From an uncultured Lachnospiraceae bacterium (GTDB taxonomy: Bacteria > Bacillota > Clostridia > Lachnospirales > Lachnospiraceae): DNA of 64,000 nt. Location: NCBI GenBank assembly GCA_964483395.1, contig CAZABT010000001.1:21267-85266 (forward strand), in the 5' to 3' direction. The translations under genes and the position numbers were made by a program. Shown in pieces: positions 1 to 9,378 of this stretch; position 1 is the stretch's first letter, and every line of letters begins with the position of its first letter. Below the pieces are notes generated by a model. The model saw nothing but the letters and a program-made list of their open reading frames with translations, searched no databases and was not told the origin of the DNA.

Positions 1-638
1 AGACTGTTTTTGTAACAGGCTCTCCGATGCGTGAGGTACTGCGGGATCATATGCCGCAGATTGAAGAAAGCGACGTACTTACAAGACTGAAGCTTGAAAA
101 GAGGAAGTATATCCTTGTGTCAGCGCACAGGGAGGAAAATATAGATTTGGAAGATCATTTCATGGATCTGATGAATGCCATCAACCGTATGGCAGAAAAA
201 TATCAGATGCCGGTCATCTATTCGACCCATCCGCGTTCCATGAAATTCATAGAACAGCGTAAGTTTCAGTTTCATCCGCTTGTATCCAATATGAAACCCT
301 TTGGCTTTTTGGATTATAATAAGCTGCAGATGAATGCATACTGTGTACTTTCCGACAGCGGAACTTTGTCAGAGGAGTCTGCAATGCTGCATTTTCCGGG
401 TGTACTGATCCGAACCTCAACCGAACGTCCCGAGGTGCTGGACAAGGGTACCATTGTCATAGGCGGCATCAAGGGCGAGGATGTGGAGCGTGCCACAGAA
501 CTGGCGGTTGCCATGTATGAAAACGAAGAAGAGGTGGTTATGGCAGAAGATTATGCAGATACCAATGTATCCGTCAAGGTTGTCAAGCTGATACAGAGCT
601 ACACGGAAATTGTAAACAAAACAGTGTGGGGTAAATGA
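1..638 (+). CDS. UDP-N-acetylglucosamine 2-epimerase family protein (WecB/NeuC type), C-terminal part; 5' end lies outside the window
   Basis: The frame is open from the window edge (..VFVTGSPM..). Family motifs are present: SAHREEN, YSTHPRS, SDSGTLSEE, RTSTERPE. I cannot tell hydrolysing from non-hydrolysing type. Confidence 0.85.
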   Translation, partial: TVFVTGSPMREVLRDHMPQIEESDVLTRLKLEKRKYILVSAHREENIDLEDHFMDLMNAINRMAEKYQMPVIYSTHPRSMKFIEQRKFQFHPLVSNMKPFGFLDYNKLQMNAYCVLSDSGTLSEESAMLHFPGVLIRTSTERPEVLDKGTIVIGGIKGEDVERATELAVAMYENEEEVVMAEDYADTNVSVKVVKLIQSYTEIVNKTVWGK

Positions 639-639
639 T

Positions 640-1761
640 TTGAGAATAGTAGTCAATGACATAGCCGCCAGCAAAACCGGCGCCCTGTCGATCCTGACAG
701 ATTTCTATCATTATATTGCAGAACATGACACTGAAAACGAGTGGATATTCCTGCTCGGCGGCGCTTATATAGAAGAAACAGACAGCATCCGGGTGCATAT
801 TATGCAGGAGGTCAAAAAAAGCTGGCTGAACCGTTTGAAATTTGATCTCTTTACAGGGGCATCCTACATACGTGCTTTACAGCCGGATGTTGTGTTATCA
901 CTGCAGAATACGATTACCTTCGGCTATCAGGGCAGACAGATTGTCTATGTTCATCAGCCTCTCGGTTTCCAAACCATAAAACGTTTTTCTTTGTTTCAGC
1001 CCAGAGAACGAGAGTATGCCATATACCAGTATTTCATAGGGGCTATGATCAATGCTTCTATCCGAAGGGCAGATCAAGTCATTGTTCAGACGAAGTGGAT
1101 GCGTGATGCCGTAGCACGGAAAGCACACGTCTCAAAAGACAAAATTGTTCAGATTCTGCCGGATGTAGAAAACTTGAATGCATATAAGACAGAGGGAATC
1201 AGAAAATCCAATCAATTTTTTTTCCCCTCTGGTGTCATGCTTTATAAAAATCATGAGTGCATCCTGAAAGCCTGCACCCTTTTAAATCAAAAAGGAATCA
1301 CTGATTTCAATGTCCTTTTCACAATCAGCGAGGAAGATCTGAAAACGGTTACAGCTTACGAGTATGATAATCGCTATGGAAACATCACCACAGATGGCCG
1401 CTTGGCCAAAAACCAGGTATTGCACGCTTATAATGAGCGAACGCTGATATTTCCGTCCTATATAGAAACCTTCGGATATCCTCTTGCCGAAGCCCGACAG
1501 TTCGAGGCCCCTATTTTAGCCTCAGACTGCCCTTTCTGCCACGAGGTATTGGAAGGCTACCCTCAAAGCCACTACTTTGACCCCTTTCACCCCGAACAAT
1601 TGGCAGCACTCATGCAGCAAAGCATAGAGGAACCTCCAACTACAGAACCCATTGTCACATCCCATACACCTACGGCTATGACAGCTTCTCATCGTGACAG
1701 TTGGTCCGAGGTACTACAAGTAATACTATCCAGCACTAAAATAACGGAGAAACCGATATGA
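640..1761 (+). CDS. glycosyltransferase, GT-B fold (GT1/GT4-like)
   Basis: TTG start 1 nt after the upstream stop. C-terminal E-x7-E-type region FPSYIETFGYPLAEA. Confidence 0.75.
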   Translation: MRIVVNDIAASKTGALSILTDFYHYIAEHDTENEWIFLLGGAYIEETDSIRVHIMQEVKKSWLNRLKFDLFTGASYIRALQPDVVLSLQNTITFGYQGRQIVYVHQPLGFQTIKRFSLFQPREREYAIYQYFIGAMINASIRRADQVIVQTKWMRDAVARKAHVSKDKIVQILPDVENLNAYKTEGIRKSNQFFFPSGVMLYKNHECILKACTLLNQKGITDFNVLFTISEEDLKTVTAYEYDNRYGNITTDGRLAKNQVLHAYNERTLIFPSYIETFGYPLAEARQFEAPILASDCPFCHEVLEGYPQSHYFDPFHPEQLAALMQQSIEEPPTTEPIVTSHTPTAMTASHRDSWSEVLQVILSSTKITEKPI

Positions 1762-3005
1762 GCAACCTCAAAAACACCAACCTATACAACTTCTACTATC
1801 TGGCCGTCATGCTTGCCTATACCCTGACTTTGGCAACCGATCAAATGCATCCCGGCGTTTTTGCGTCTGTTCTGATGTTTGCAGTGGCACTCGAATTACT
1901 GCTGAAGAAGAAAATCAAGATCGCCGGTACACCGGACTACCTGATCATAGCTTATTTGGGCTATAATCTCCTGTCTGTTATCTGGCTGGTTAAAAACGGA
2001 CTTCCCGTTTCAATCTATATAGAAGAATTCTCCAACTCTATTCTGCCCATTGTATTTTATATGGCAGGCAAGACCGTTGCAGACGGGACAGAGAAATTCT
2101 ATCGCTGGTTTCTGACAGCAGTTTTGTATGTGTGTGTCATCGGGCTTGTCTTATACATCTGGGCGCCACAGTTCTATTTGGATTATTTGCTGGATGTTTA
2201 TATTTCCAAAGCAGATGCTGCAACCATGCGAATCCGTATGTCCTCCGTCATCGGGAGCACCTGTCTGGGTGCGCTTGCGGCCTGCGGTATGCTTGCATCC
2301 GCGTACTATATCATGAGGGAAAATAAGAGGCAGAGAGGGGTCGGCATTTTTCTGCTTTTTGTAAATTTTCTTTTTGTTATGATGAGTAATCAGAGAGCAG
2401 CCATGGTAGTGGCATTTCTAATTATTTTGTATATGAACTGGTTGATTTTCTTCACTTTTCGTGCATTTAAAAAGAAATATCTGTGGGTAGAGTTTGGTGC
2501 AGTCCTTGCAGGAATTGCAGGAATCTGCATCATAAACATAGAGGTATTGCTAAAGATATTCCGCAGGCTTGTTTCATTGCCGGGTGCCATTGGACAGCGT
2601 AGTGAGCAGTGGGTTGTAGCAATGAATACTTTATATAATACATGGCTGGGGAACGGACTTGGAGCCAATGGTCATAAAGCCATAGAGTATGAGGGCGCAC
2701 ATGTCATTGCGGACGGCGGGCTGGTAAAGCTGTTCTGTGAGGAAGGAGTCATAGGTTTTTCGATTTTTCTGTTCCTTCTCTTTCTGGTGTGTAAGGCGGC
2801 TGCCAAGAATATGCGGGAATACTATGTGGAGATCGGCATGATAGCGATTACACTTCTTTCATCGATTGGTTCTAATATCATTGCATTTCAGTTGACAACG
2901 CCGATTTTTTGGTTTGCAGTCGGCAGATGTGCTTCTGCGATCGCAGCAGAAGGACAAGGATTTACGGCACGGGAAATCAAGAATACAGGAGAAGCTGACA
3001 CATGA
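1758..3005 (+). CDS. O-antigen polymerase/ligase family membrane protein (Wzy-like)
   Basis: About 10 or more hydrophobic segments with a large loop near the C-terminal third, in a Wzx/PGT locus context. ATGA overlap with the upstream gene. Confidence 0.65.
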   Translation: MSNLKNTNLYNFYYLAVMLAYTLTLATDQMHPGVFASVLMFAVALELLLKKKIKIAGTPDYLIIAYLGYNLLSVIWLVKNGLPVSIYIEEFSNSILPIVFYMAGKTVADGTEKFYRWFLTAVLYVCVIGLVLYIWAPQFYLDYLLDVYISKADAATMRIRMSSVIGSTCLGALAACGMLASAYYIMRENKRQRGVGIFLLFVNFLFVMMSNQRAAMVVAFLIILYMNWLIFFTFRAFKKKYLWVEFGAVLAGIAGICIINIEVLLKIFRRLVSLPGAIGQRSEQWVVAMNTLYNTWLGNGLGANGHKAIEYEGAHVIADGGLVKLFCEEGVIGFSIFLFLLFLVCKAAAKNMREYYVEIGMIAITLLSSIGSNIIAFQLTTPIFWFAVGRCASAIAAEGQGFTAREIKNTGEADT

Positions 3006-4099
3006 AAGTAATCTGCATGTATTTACCGCAATATCATACATTTCCGGAAAATGACGAGTGGTGGGGCAAAGGATATACCGAGTGGACTGCGGTTAAGCGT
3101 GGGACACCGCTCTATCAAGGTCATATGCAGCCGAGAGTACCTTTGGATGGCAGATATTATGATCTGCTGAACGATGCCGTTGCGACATGGCAGTGGCAGG
3201 CTGAGCTTGCCAGACAATATGGGGTATATGGTTTCTGTATCTATCAGTATTGGTTTCGAGGCCGACAATTGATGGAAAAGCCTATGGAGATTTTGCTGCA
3301 GCATCCGGAGATTGACCTGCATTACACGATTTGCTGGGCAAATGAATCATGGACGAGGACATGGTATGGAATTGAAGAAGAGATTTTGATGCAGCAGGAG
3401 TATGGTGAAGAAGCCGACTGGAGACGGCATTTTGAATATCTGCTTTCCTTTTTTCGGGACAGCCGTTACATTCAGATTGATGGCAAACCGGTGCTGCACA
3501 TTTACAAGACCTCGGACATAGAGTGTTTAGAGCAGATGCTGGCATGTTTTCGGCGCTGGGCAACGGAGGAGGGATTTGCTGGTCTTTATATCGTTTCAGC
3601 GAAGACGGCAGCAGAGCAGGAGACAAGAGCTGAACTGATAGACGGATATTACTATTTTGAGCCGGGCTATACTTTGAAACATGATTTTGGATTGTTCCAT
3701 CAATTTTACTACAACACAAGCGTATTTATTAAAACACGATTGAATAAAATGAAAAAAAAGAAGATGTTGGAAAGAGCCATCCCGTCAAGATGGATTTTGG
3801 ATAAAATTGAGGCCAGAAGCTATGAAGCAGAAAATGAATTTCCGGGGCTAATACCTGATTGGGATAACACACCGAGGCGCTCCTACAAGGGCTTGGCATA
3901 TACGAACACCTCACCGAAGCAGTTCGAGAAGGTACTGCGGACGATTGGACAGAAAATCGAGCATAAAAAGTTAAACCATGTTTATATAAATGCTTGGAAT
4001 GAATGGGGAGAAGGCGCAATGCTGGAACCGGACGAATATAGAAGGTATGGATATCTGGAAGCCATCCGCAGAGTGATCGATGAATTAGAGCAATCGTAG
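3002..4099 (+). CDS. WbsX-family (GH99-like fold) polysaccharide biosynthesis protein
   Basis: N-terminus MYLPQYHTFPENDEWWGKGYTEWT and C-terminal NAWNEWGEG are typical of the Glyco_tran_WbsX family. Confidence 0.7.
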   Translation: MKVICMYLPQYHTFPENDEWWGKGYTEWTAVKRGTPLYQGHMQPRVPLDGRYYDLLNDAVATWQWQAELARQYGVYGFCIYQYWFRGRQLMEKPMEILLQHPEIDLHYTICWANESWTRTWYGIEEEILMQQEYGEEADWRRHFEYLLSFFRDSRYIQIDGKPVLHIYKTSDIECLEQMLACFRRWATEEGFAGLYIVSAKTAAEQETRAELIDGYYYFEPGYTLKHDFGLFHQFYYNTSVFIKTRLNKMKKKKMLERAIPSRWILDKIEARSYEAENEFPGLIPDWDNTPRRSYKGLAYTNTSPKQFEKVLRTIGQKIEHKKLNHVYINAWNEWGEGAMLEPDEYRRYGYLEAIRRVIDELEQS

Positions 4100-4166
4100 A
4101 AATGAAGCAGCACGATATAGAAGCAATGTAATGATAACGCATGTTACTGAACGAGAGGGAAAACAG

Positions 4167-5207
4167 ATGGAGAATGAGAAGAATCCGAAGGTCAGTGTGA
4201 TTGTAATTGCATATAAGGTAGAACGGTTTTTAACACAGTGCCTGGAGTCGGTTGTTCATCAGACCTATCGGAATCTTGAAATCATCATCGTGCTTGGAAG
4301 TACGGATGAGGCCTGCGTTCGGATTGCGGATACATATGCGGCACAGGATGACAGAATCCTATTGATCAAAGAAGAACCTAAGGGCGTGGCCGTTGCCAGA
4401 AATCAAGGGATTGCTGCAGCAACGGGAGATTATATAGGATTTGTGGATGGGGATGACTGGGCAGACCGGGATATGTTTGAGGTCATGGTCACAGCCGCGG
4501 TACGCCACGATGCAGATATTTCGGTCGTGGGAAAATACAATGCTTATGTGAATGGAAACGAAGGAATACATGATAATACGGAAACAGTTCTGACAGAGAA
4601 GGAAGCCTTTGAGCAGATTCTGTATCAAAAAGGTTTTTTCCTGCATCTATGGGACAAGTTATACAAAAGAAGAATTTTTGAACAGGTAAGATTTCCGGTC
4701 GGCGAGCGGGTAGAGGATCGCAAGATCGGCTATCATCTGTTGAGCATGGCAAATAAGATCGTATATAACTCGGCTTCTAAGTATTACTTCAGAGTCAGTG
4801 AAGACAGCGGTTCCAGAGTGGCGGATAATCTTGTTCTTTCTATTAAGAATGATTATGAGATGTGTGATTATGTACGGCTGAAATATCCGGAGCTGGAGCA
4901 GGCGATCCAATATTTTCTGGTCTATGAGAATATGAGTGTGATACAGAACAACATTTTATTCGGAACCTACGATCGCAAAACCGATCGACAGTATTCCGGA
5001 TATGTACGCAGGCATGCACGCAGCGTGCTAAGCAATCCACATGTGGACAGGAGCATTAAGGCCAAGGTGCTCTTATGTATTTTCAGTCCGAAGCTGTTTG
5101 GGCAGATTACGGTAGCAAGACGAGAACGCTTCTTAAAGCGAAATATTTCTTTTCAAACCGGCGCAGACTGGGTGCAGACATTTGAGAAACTGGAAAAGGG
5201 GAACTGA
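4167..5207 (+). CDS. glycosyltransferase family 2
   Basis: VSVIVIAYKVERFLTQCLESVVHQTY and the GFVDGDDW DxD region. Start moved from ORF-track 4131 to the ATG at 4167, which has a GAGAGGGAA RBS. Confidence 0.8.
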   Translation: MENEKNPKVSVIVIAYKVERFLTQCLESVVHQTYRNLEIIIVLGSTDEACVRIADTYAAQDDRILLIKEEPKGVAVARNQGIAAATGDYIGFVDGDDWADRDMFEVMVTAAVRHDADISVVGKYNAYVNGNEGIHDNTETVLTEKEAFEQILYQKGFFLHLWDKLYKRRIFEQVRFPVGERVEDRKIGYHLLSMANKIVYNSASKYYFRVSEDSGSRVADNLVLSIKNDYEMCDYVRLKYPELEQAIQYFLVYENMSVIQNNILFGTYDRKTDRQYSGYVRRHARSVLSNPHVDRSIKAKVLLCIFSPKLFGQITVARRERFLKRNISFQTGADWVQTFEKLEKGN

Positions 5208-5210
5208 TTC

Positions 5211-6836
5211 ATGCAGAAGAATCATCTGACAGGAAAGAAAATTTTATTTGTGTGCAGAGAGACTTATTCCATGCCTCTTTGGTTTTTGGCAGAGGAACTG
5301 CGTCATGACAATGATGTGGCGGCCTTCTATATTATGTCCACAGAATGCAGCTATCATAAATGCTACTACAATCAGAATTCTTATTACAAATTCAAAGAGG
5401 AATTACCGGATGTAAAGCTATATGATGTCAAGGATATCTGCAAAACCTACGTAGACGGCCTGAAGCAGGGAAAGCAGGCAGGAACATCGCCGGTGGATTT
5501 TACCTATCTGAACAGGATTGAGCAGGAATATACTCATTTTAAGAATCTGAATCTTCAACTGATGAGTTCGCAGGAGAATACCAAGCATTATCATTTCCGT
5601 TATTATTGGTCCGTGACCGATTATGACGAGAATATGTATTGGCTGGAATTGAATTATAAGAAGATTTTATCCATATTTGATGAATTTCAGCCGGATATGA
5701 TTCTTGATTTTGATAATGCCGAATTGCAGCGCACGATTATCAATGAGGTAGCGTACAAGAGAGAGATTCCGTATATTACAATTGAATACTCCAAATTTGG
5801 TCTTTATAAATATCCGACCTTACAGAATACAGTCGGGATTGATCCTTATGTAGAACGTATTTATAGGGAGAATCTGAAAAAAAGTAAAGAAGAATTGCAG
5901 GAAATGTACGATTATATCGAAAAATACCGTGCAGAGACTTCTATTATGAATCGGGAATTTGCAGGAACGGTTACGGCACAGTACAAGAAAAGTTCTCTGC
6001 TCTGGATTGCCAGAGTCATGCGCGGTAAGCTGCATTACTTTTGGAATATGGATATTACAAAAAAGAATCTCAAGATCAAACGCACCAGCAAGGTATTATA
6101 TGCGCCCAGTCTTCCGTATATTCGCCATTATCTGCAGGTGGAGCTGCGCAGAAGAAAATATATGGGACAAAACAGCCTTTTTGAAAATCCCGTCGAGGGT
6201 GAGGATTATGTATATATGCCGCTGCATTTGATTCCGGAATCTACGGTGTTTGTTAAGGCCTCTTATTATGTAGATGAGTGTAATTTGATCGAGCAGGTAT
6301 CGAAGTCACTGCCGGTCGGCTGGAAGCTGTATGTGAAGGAGCATCAGGCAATGCTCGGAGAACGCAGCATAGAGTTTTATAAAAAAGTTAAGGAGCTGCA
6401 TAATGTGCGGCTGGTACAGGTCAACTATTATGATGATCCGAAGCCCTGGCTTGTAAAGGCGAAGGGGGTTGTCACAATTGTAGGCACAACGGCTTTTGAG
6501 GAAGCACTCCTGGGGAAGAAGTCCATTCTATTCGGGGATGTTCCGTTTATGCTGATAGACGGAATTACAAGAGCCAGAAGCTTTGAGGATCTGCCGGAAC
6601 TGCTACGAGCCTTTGGAGAGATTGACAATATGCATTCCTGCGCTGCATATCTGCAGACCATCAGAGAAATCGGATACGAGCTGAATGTGTTCTATCTGAT
6701 GGGACAGGCAGAGAAGATTTTGGGCGGCAAGGAACAGAAGGATGAAAAGTTCACAAAGGAACTTGCAGTGCTGAAGGAATTCTATAACAGCGGATATGAG
6801 CGTTGGCTCTCAGAGCATAATCGTATCATGGGATAA
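5211..6836 (+). CDS. capsular polysaccharide biosynthesis protein, Capsule_synth (KpsS/KpsC)-like; function uncertain
   Basis: The central segment YVYMPLHLIPESTV..KLYVKEHQAM resembles the PLQ..D.Q core of KpsS/KpsC-type proteins. GGGGA RBS. No TM segments. Confidence 0.45.
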   Translation: MQKNHLTGKKILFVCRETYSMPLWFLAEELRHDNDVAAFYIMSTECSYHKCYYNQNSYYKFKEELPDVKLYDVKDICKTYVDGLKQGKQAGTSPVDFTYLNRIEQEYTHFKNLNLQLMSSQENTKHYHFRYYWSVTDYDENMYWLELNYKKILSIFDEFQPDMILDFDNAELQRTIINEVAYKREIPYITIEYSKFGLYKYPTLQNTVGIDPYVERIYRENLKKSKEELQEMYDYIEKYRAETSIMNREFAGTVTAQYKKSSLLWIARVMRGKLHYFWNMDITKKNLKIKRTSKVLYAPSLPYIRHYLQVELRRRKYMGQNSLFENPVEGEDYVYMPLHLIPESTVFVKASYYVDECNLIEQVSKSLPVGWKLYVKEHQAMLGERSIEFYKKVKELHNVRLVQVNYYDDPKPWLVKAKGVVTIVGTTAFEEALLGKKSILFGDVPFMLIDGITRARSFEDLPELLRAFGEIDNMHSCAAYLQTIREIGYELNVFYLMGQAEKILGGKEQKDEKFTKELAVLKEFYNSGYERWLSEHNRIMG

Positions 6837-6876
6837 AATAGTAAAACAGCAGCAGTCTGTATACAGACGGGGAGAA

Positions 6877-7953
6877 ATGAAGATGGAAAGTACAATTTGC
6901 AAAAGACTTGAACAGGGCCAATTTGTATTGATTGCGGAAATCGGGGTAAATTATTATGATATAGCAGTCAAGGAAGGCATTACGCCCATGGAGGCGGCCA
7001 AGCAGATGGTGAAGGAAGCCAAGGAAGCCGGTATCCATGCGGTAAAGTTTCAGACCTATAAGGCGGGGACTCTGGCGGCAAAAGCATCTCCATCCTATTG
7101 GGATACGACAGAGGAACCTACGACTTCTCAGTATGAGCTTTTTAAAAAGTTCGATCGCTTTGGATATTCGGAATACAAGGAACTGAAGCAGTATGCGGAT
7201 ATGCTGGACATAGAATTTCTGTCTACCGCGTTTGACTATGAATCAGCGGACTATCTGGACGAACTGATGGATGTCTATAAGATTTCCTCCTCTGATTTGT
7301 CCAATCTGCCCTTCATTGAACATCAGGCCAAAAAGAATAAGCCTATCCTGCTGTCAGTGGGTGCCTCTGAACTGCCTGAAATCGAGGCGGCAGTGGATGC
7401 TATTCGTAAGCACAATGATCAGATGATCGTGCTGCTGCACTGCGTGTTGGAATACCCGACACCGCTTGCAGATGCAAATCTGAATAAAATCGCATCCCTT
7501 GCAAAGCAGTTTCCGGATCTGATCATCGGATATTCCGACCATACGAAGCCGACAGAGAGCTGTGATGTGATTAAGACAGCCTATAATCTGGGTGCTTTGT
7601 GTATTGAGAAGCATTATACGCTCGATAAAACGCTGACGGGCAACGACCATTATCATGCAATGGACCCGGAGGATGCAAAACGTATTCTTGCAGGAATTGA
7701 ATTTCTGAATTTGATTCGCGGTGACGGAGAGATTAAATGTCTGGAAACAGAACAGACTGCACGCAGAAATGCAAGGCGTTCGATTGTGTCCGCAGTGGAT
7801 ATACCGGAGGGAGCTGTCATTACGGAAGATATGCTGACCTTTAAGAGACCGGGAACAGGAATCTCGCCTGCAAGGATTGCAGAAATCCTTGGAAGAACAG
7901 CGACAGTCATGATTGAGGAAGATACCATCATGACGGATGGGATGATTAAATAG
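6877..7953 (+). CDS. NeuB-family nonulosonic acid synthase (NeuB/LegI/PseI/SpsE type) with C-terminal SAF domain
   Basis: IAEIGVN, AVKFQTYK, LHCVLEYPTP, GYSDHT. C-terminal ARRSIVSAVDIPEGAVITEDML is SAF-like. Start set at the ATG after a GGGGAGA RBS rather than ORF-track 6796, which overlaps the upstream gene. Confidence 0.85.
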   Translation: MKMESTICKRLEQGQFVLIAEIGVNYYDIAVKEGITPMEAAKQMVKEAKEAGIHAVKFQTYKAGTLAAKASPSYWDTTEEPTTSQYELFKKFDRFGYSEYKELKQYADMLDIEFLSTAFDYESADYLDELMDVYKISSSDLSNLPFIEHQAKKNKPILLSVGASELPEIEAAVDAIRKHNDQMIVLLHCVLEYPTPLADANLNKIASLAKQFPDLIIGYSDHTKPTESCDVIKTAYNLGALCIEKHYTLDKTLTGNDHYHAMDPEDAKRILAGIEFLNLIRGDGEIKCLETEQTARRNARRSIVSAVDIPEGAVITEDMLTFKRPGTGISPARIAEILGRTATVMIEEDTIMTDGMIK

Positions 7954-9378
7954 ATGACACAGGAATCAAGGGGCAGAACTGCCATTAAGGCGGGAATCTG
8001 GTATACGATTGCGAGCGTCGGAATCAGGGCGGTCGGAATCATAACTTCACCGATTTATACGAGAATGTTGACTCCGGGAGACTATGGGATAGCCAACATT
8101 TTCAATTCATGGATTGAAATCGTAAATATTTTCACCTGTCTGTGTATTGTATACAGCATTGGCAGGGCGAAGCTGGATTTTAAGGACAAATTTGATGAAT
8201 ATATGTCGGCACTGCAGTCATTGTCGAGTAGTTTTGCATGTTTGGTATTGGTTTTGGCAATTATTTTTCGGAATCAGTTGTCTGTGTGGATGCAATATGA
8301 AGTGCCGTTAGTGATTGTGCTGTTTGCCTATCTGGTCATTTCACCATCGGTCGAGTATATGCTGCAGAAGTATAAGTATGAGTATAATTATCGAGGCAGT
8401 ATTTTGGTATCTGCAACGATATGCATTGGAACAGTGATTTTGTCAATCGTATTGATGCTGGTATTTAACAATGCCAGATATGTCGGTAAGATTTTGGGCG
8501 CATTGAGTATGACCTTCTTGCTGGGATTGTATTTTTATTTTAAAATCTTAAAACAGGGAAAGGTCTTCTACAATAAAGAATATTGGATTTATGCTTTGAA
8601 GATGGGACTTCCAATGATTCCCCATGCGCTTGCGCTTGTTGTGCTTGGTCAGGTAGACCGCATTATGATCAAGGATATGATCGGCGATGCGGAAGCCGGA
8701 CTCTATGCATGGGGTTACGGGATTGCAACGCTGCTTTCCATTTTCACCAATGCCATTGGACAGGCATGGCTGCCGTGGTTCAATGAACAGTTGGATGAGG
8801 ATCGACGTGCAGAAATCAGAGAAGCCAATAAGAAGCTGATCGTACTCGGTGTATTTCTGACACTCGGATTTATAACGGTGGCACCTGAAATCGTATGCAT
8901 TCTCGGCTCGCAGGATTATTGGAGTGCCAAGATGATCATTCCCGCAATCGCACTTGGAACACTGGCACAGTATTTCTATACCAATTACGTTAATTTAGAG
9001 CTGTTCTATAAGAAAACACCGCTGATCGCAATCAGCTCCGTACTGGCGGCACTTATGAATTATGTATTGAACTGGATTGCAATACCGCGCTTTGGATATG
9101 AGGCGGCCGCCTATACGACGCTGCTTAGTTATCTGTTCCTGATGCTGTTTCATTATATTGCGACACGCTTTATTGTTGGAAAGAGGGTATATGCAAATCT
9201 GTTTATATTTAGTATGATGGCATTATCGCTTGCATTAGGCATAGCACTTCTGTTATGCTATGATACGATCATCCTGCGATATATACTGGCAGTTGTAATC
9301 TTAGGAGTTTTTGCAATTATAAAAAGAAGTGATATACTGTATGGTATAGGAATCCTGAAAAAGAGGTTTGGAAAATGA
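7954..9378 (+). CDS. wzx: MOP-superfamily oligosaccharide flippase (Wzx-like)
   Basis: 474 aa with about 12-14 TM segments. The N-terminus (GIWYTIASVG..SPIYTRML) is typical of polysaccharide biosynthesis proteins. Confidence 0.75.
   Translation: MTQESRGRTAIKAGIWYTIASVGIRAVGIITSPIYTRMLTPGDYGIANIFNSWIEIVNIFTCLCIVYSIGRAKLDFKDKFDEYMSALQSLSSSFACLVLVLAIIFRNQLSVWMQYEVPLVIVLFAYLVISPSVEYMLQKYKYEYNYRGSILVSATICIGTVILSIVLMLVFNNARYVGKILGALSMTFLLGLYFYFKILKQGKVFYNKEYWIYALKMGLPMIPHALALVVLGQVDRIMIKDMIGDAEAGLYAWGYGIATLLSIFTNAIGQAWLPWFNEQLDEDRRAEIREANKKLIVLGVFLTLGFITVAPEIVCILGSQDYWSAKMIIPAIALGTLAQYFYTNYVNLELFYKKTPLIAISSVLAALMNYVLNWIAIPRFGYEAAAYTTLLSYLFLMLFHYIATRFIVGKRVYANLFIFSMMALSLALGIALLLCYDTIILRYILAVVILGVFAIIKRSDILYGIGILKKRFGK

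Noticed and set aside
1216-1223. Homopolymer tracts inside coding regions (T8 at 1216-1223, A8 at 3752-3759, T8 at 62770-62777), considered as slipped-strand phase-variation switches.
   Set aside because: Tracts of 8 are short and expected by chance in AT-leaning coding DNA of this length. All genes are in frame and no pattern of 5'-proximal placement is seen. This could only be tested with population sequencing.
6796-6876. 5' extensions of several ORF-track entries: 4131, 6796, 14548, 15738, 22443(-), 24046, 26408, 51831, 54554, 57123, 58582 and 61112.
   Set aside because: The extensions overlap the preceding gene or lack an RBS, while an internal ATG/GTG/TTG with a good Shine-Dalgarno and a sensible protein N-terminus exists. 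The exact starts remain uncertain and need N-terminal proteomics or Ribo-seq.
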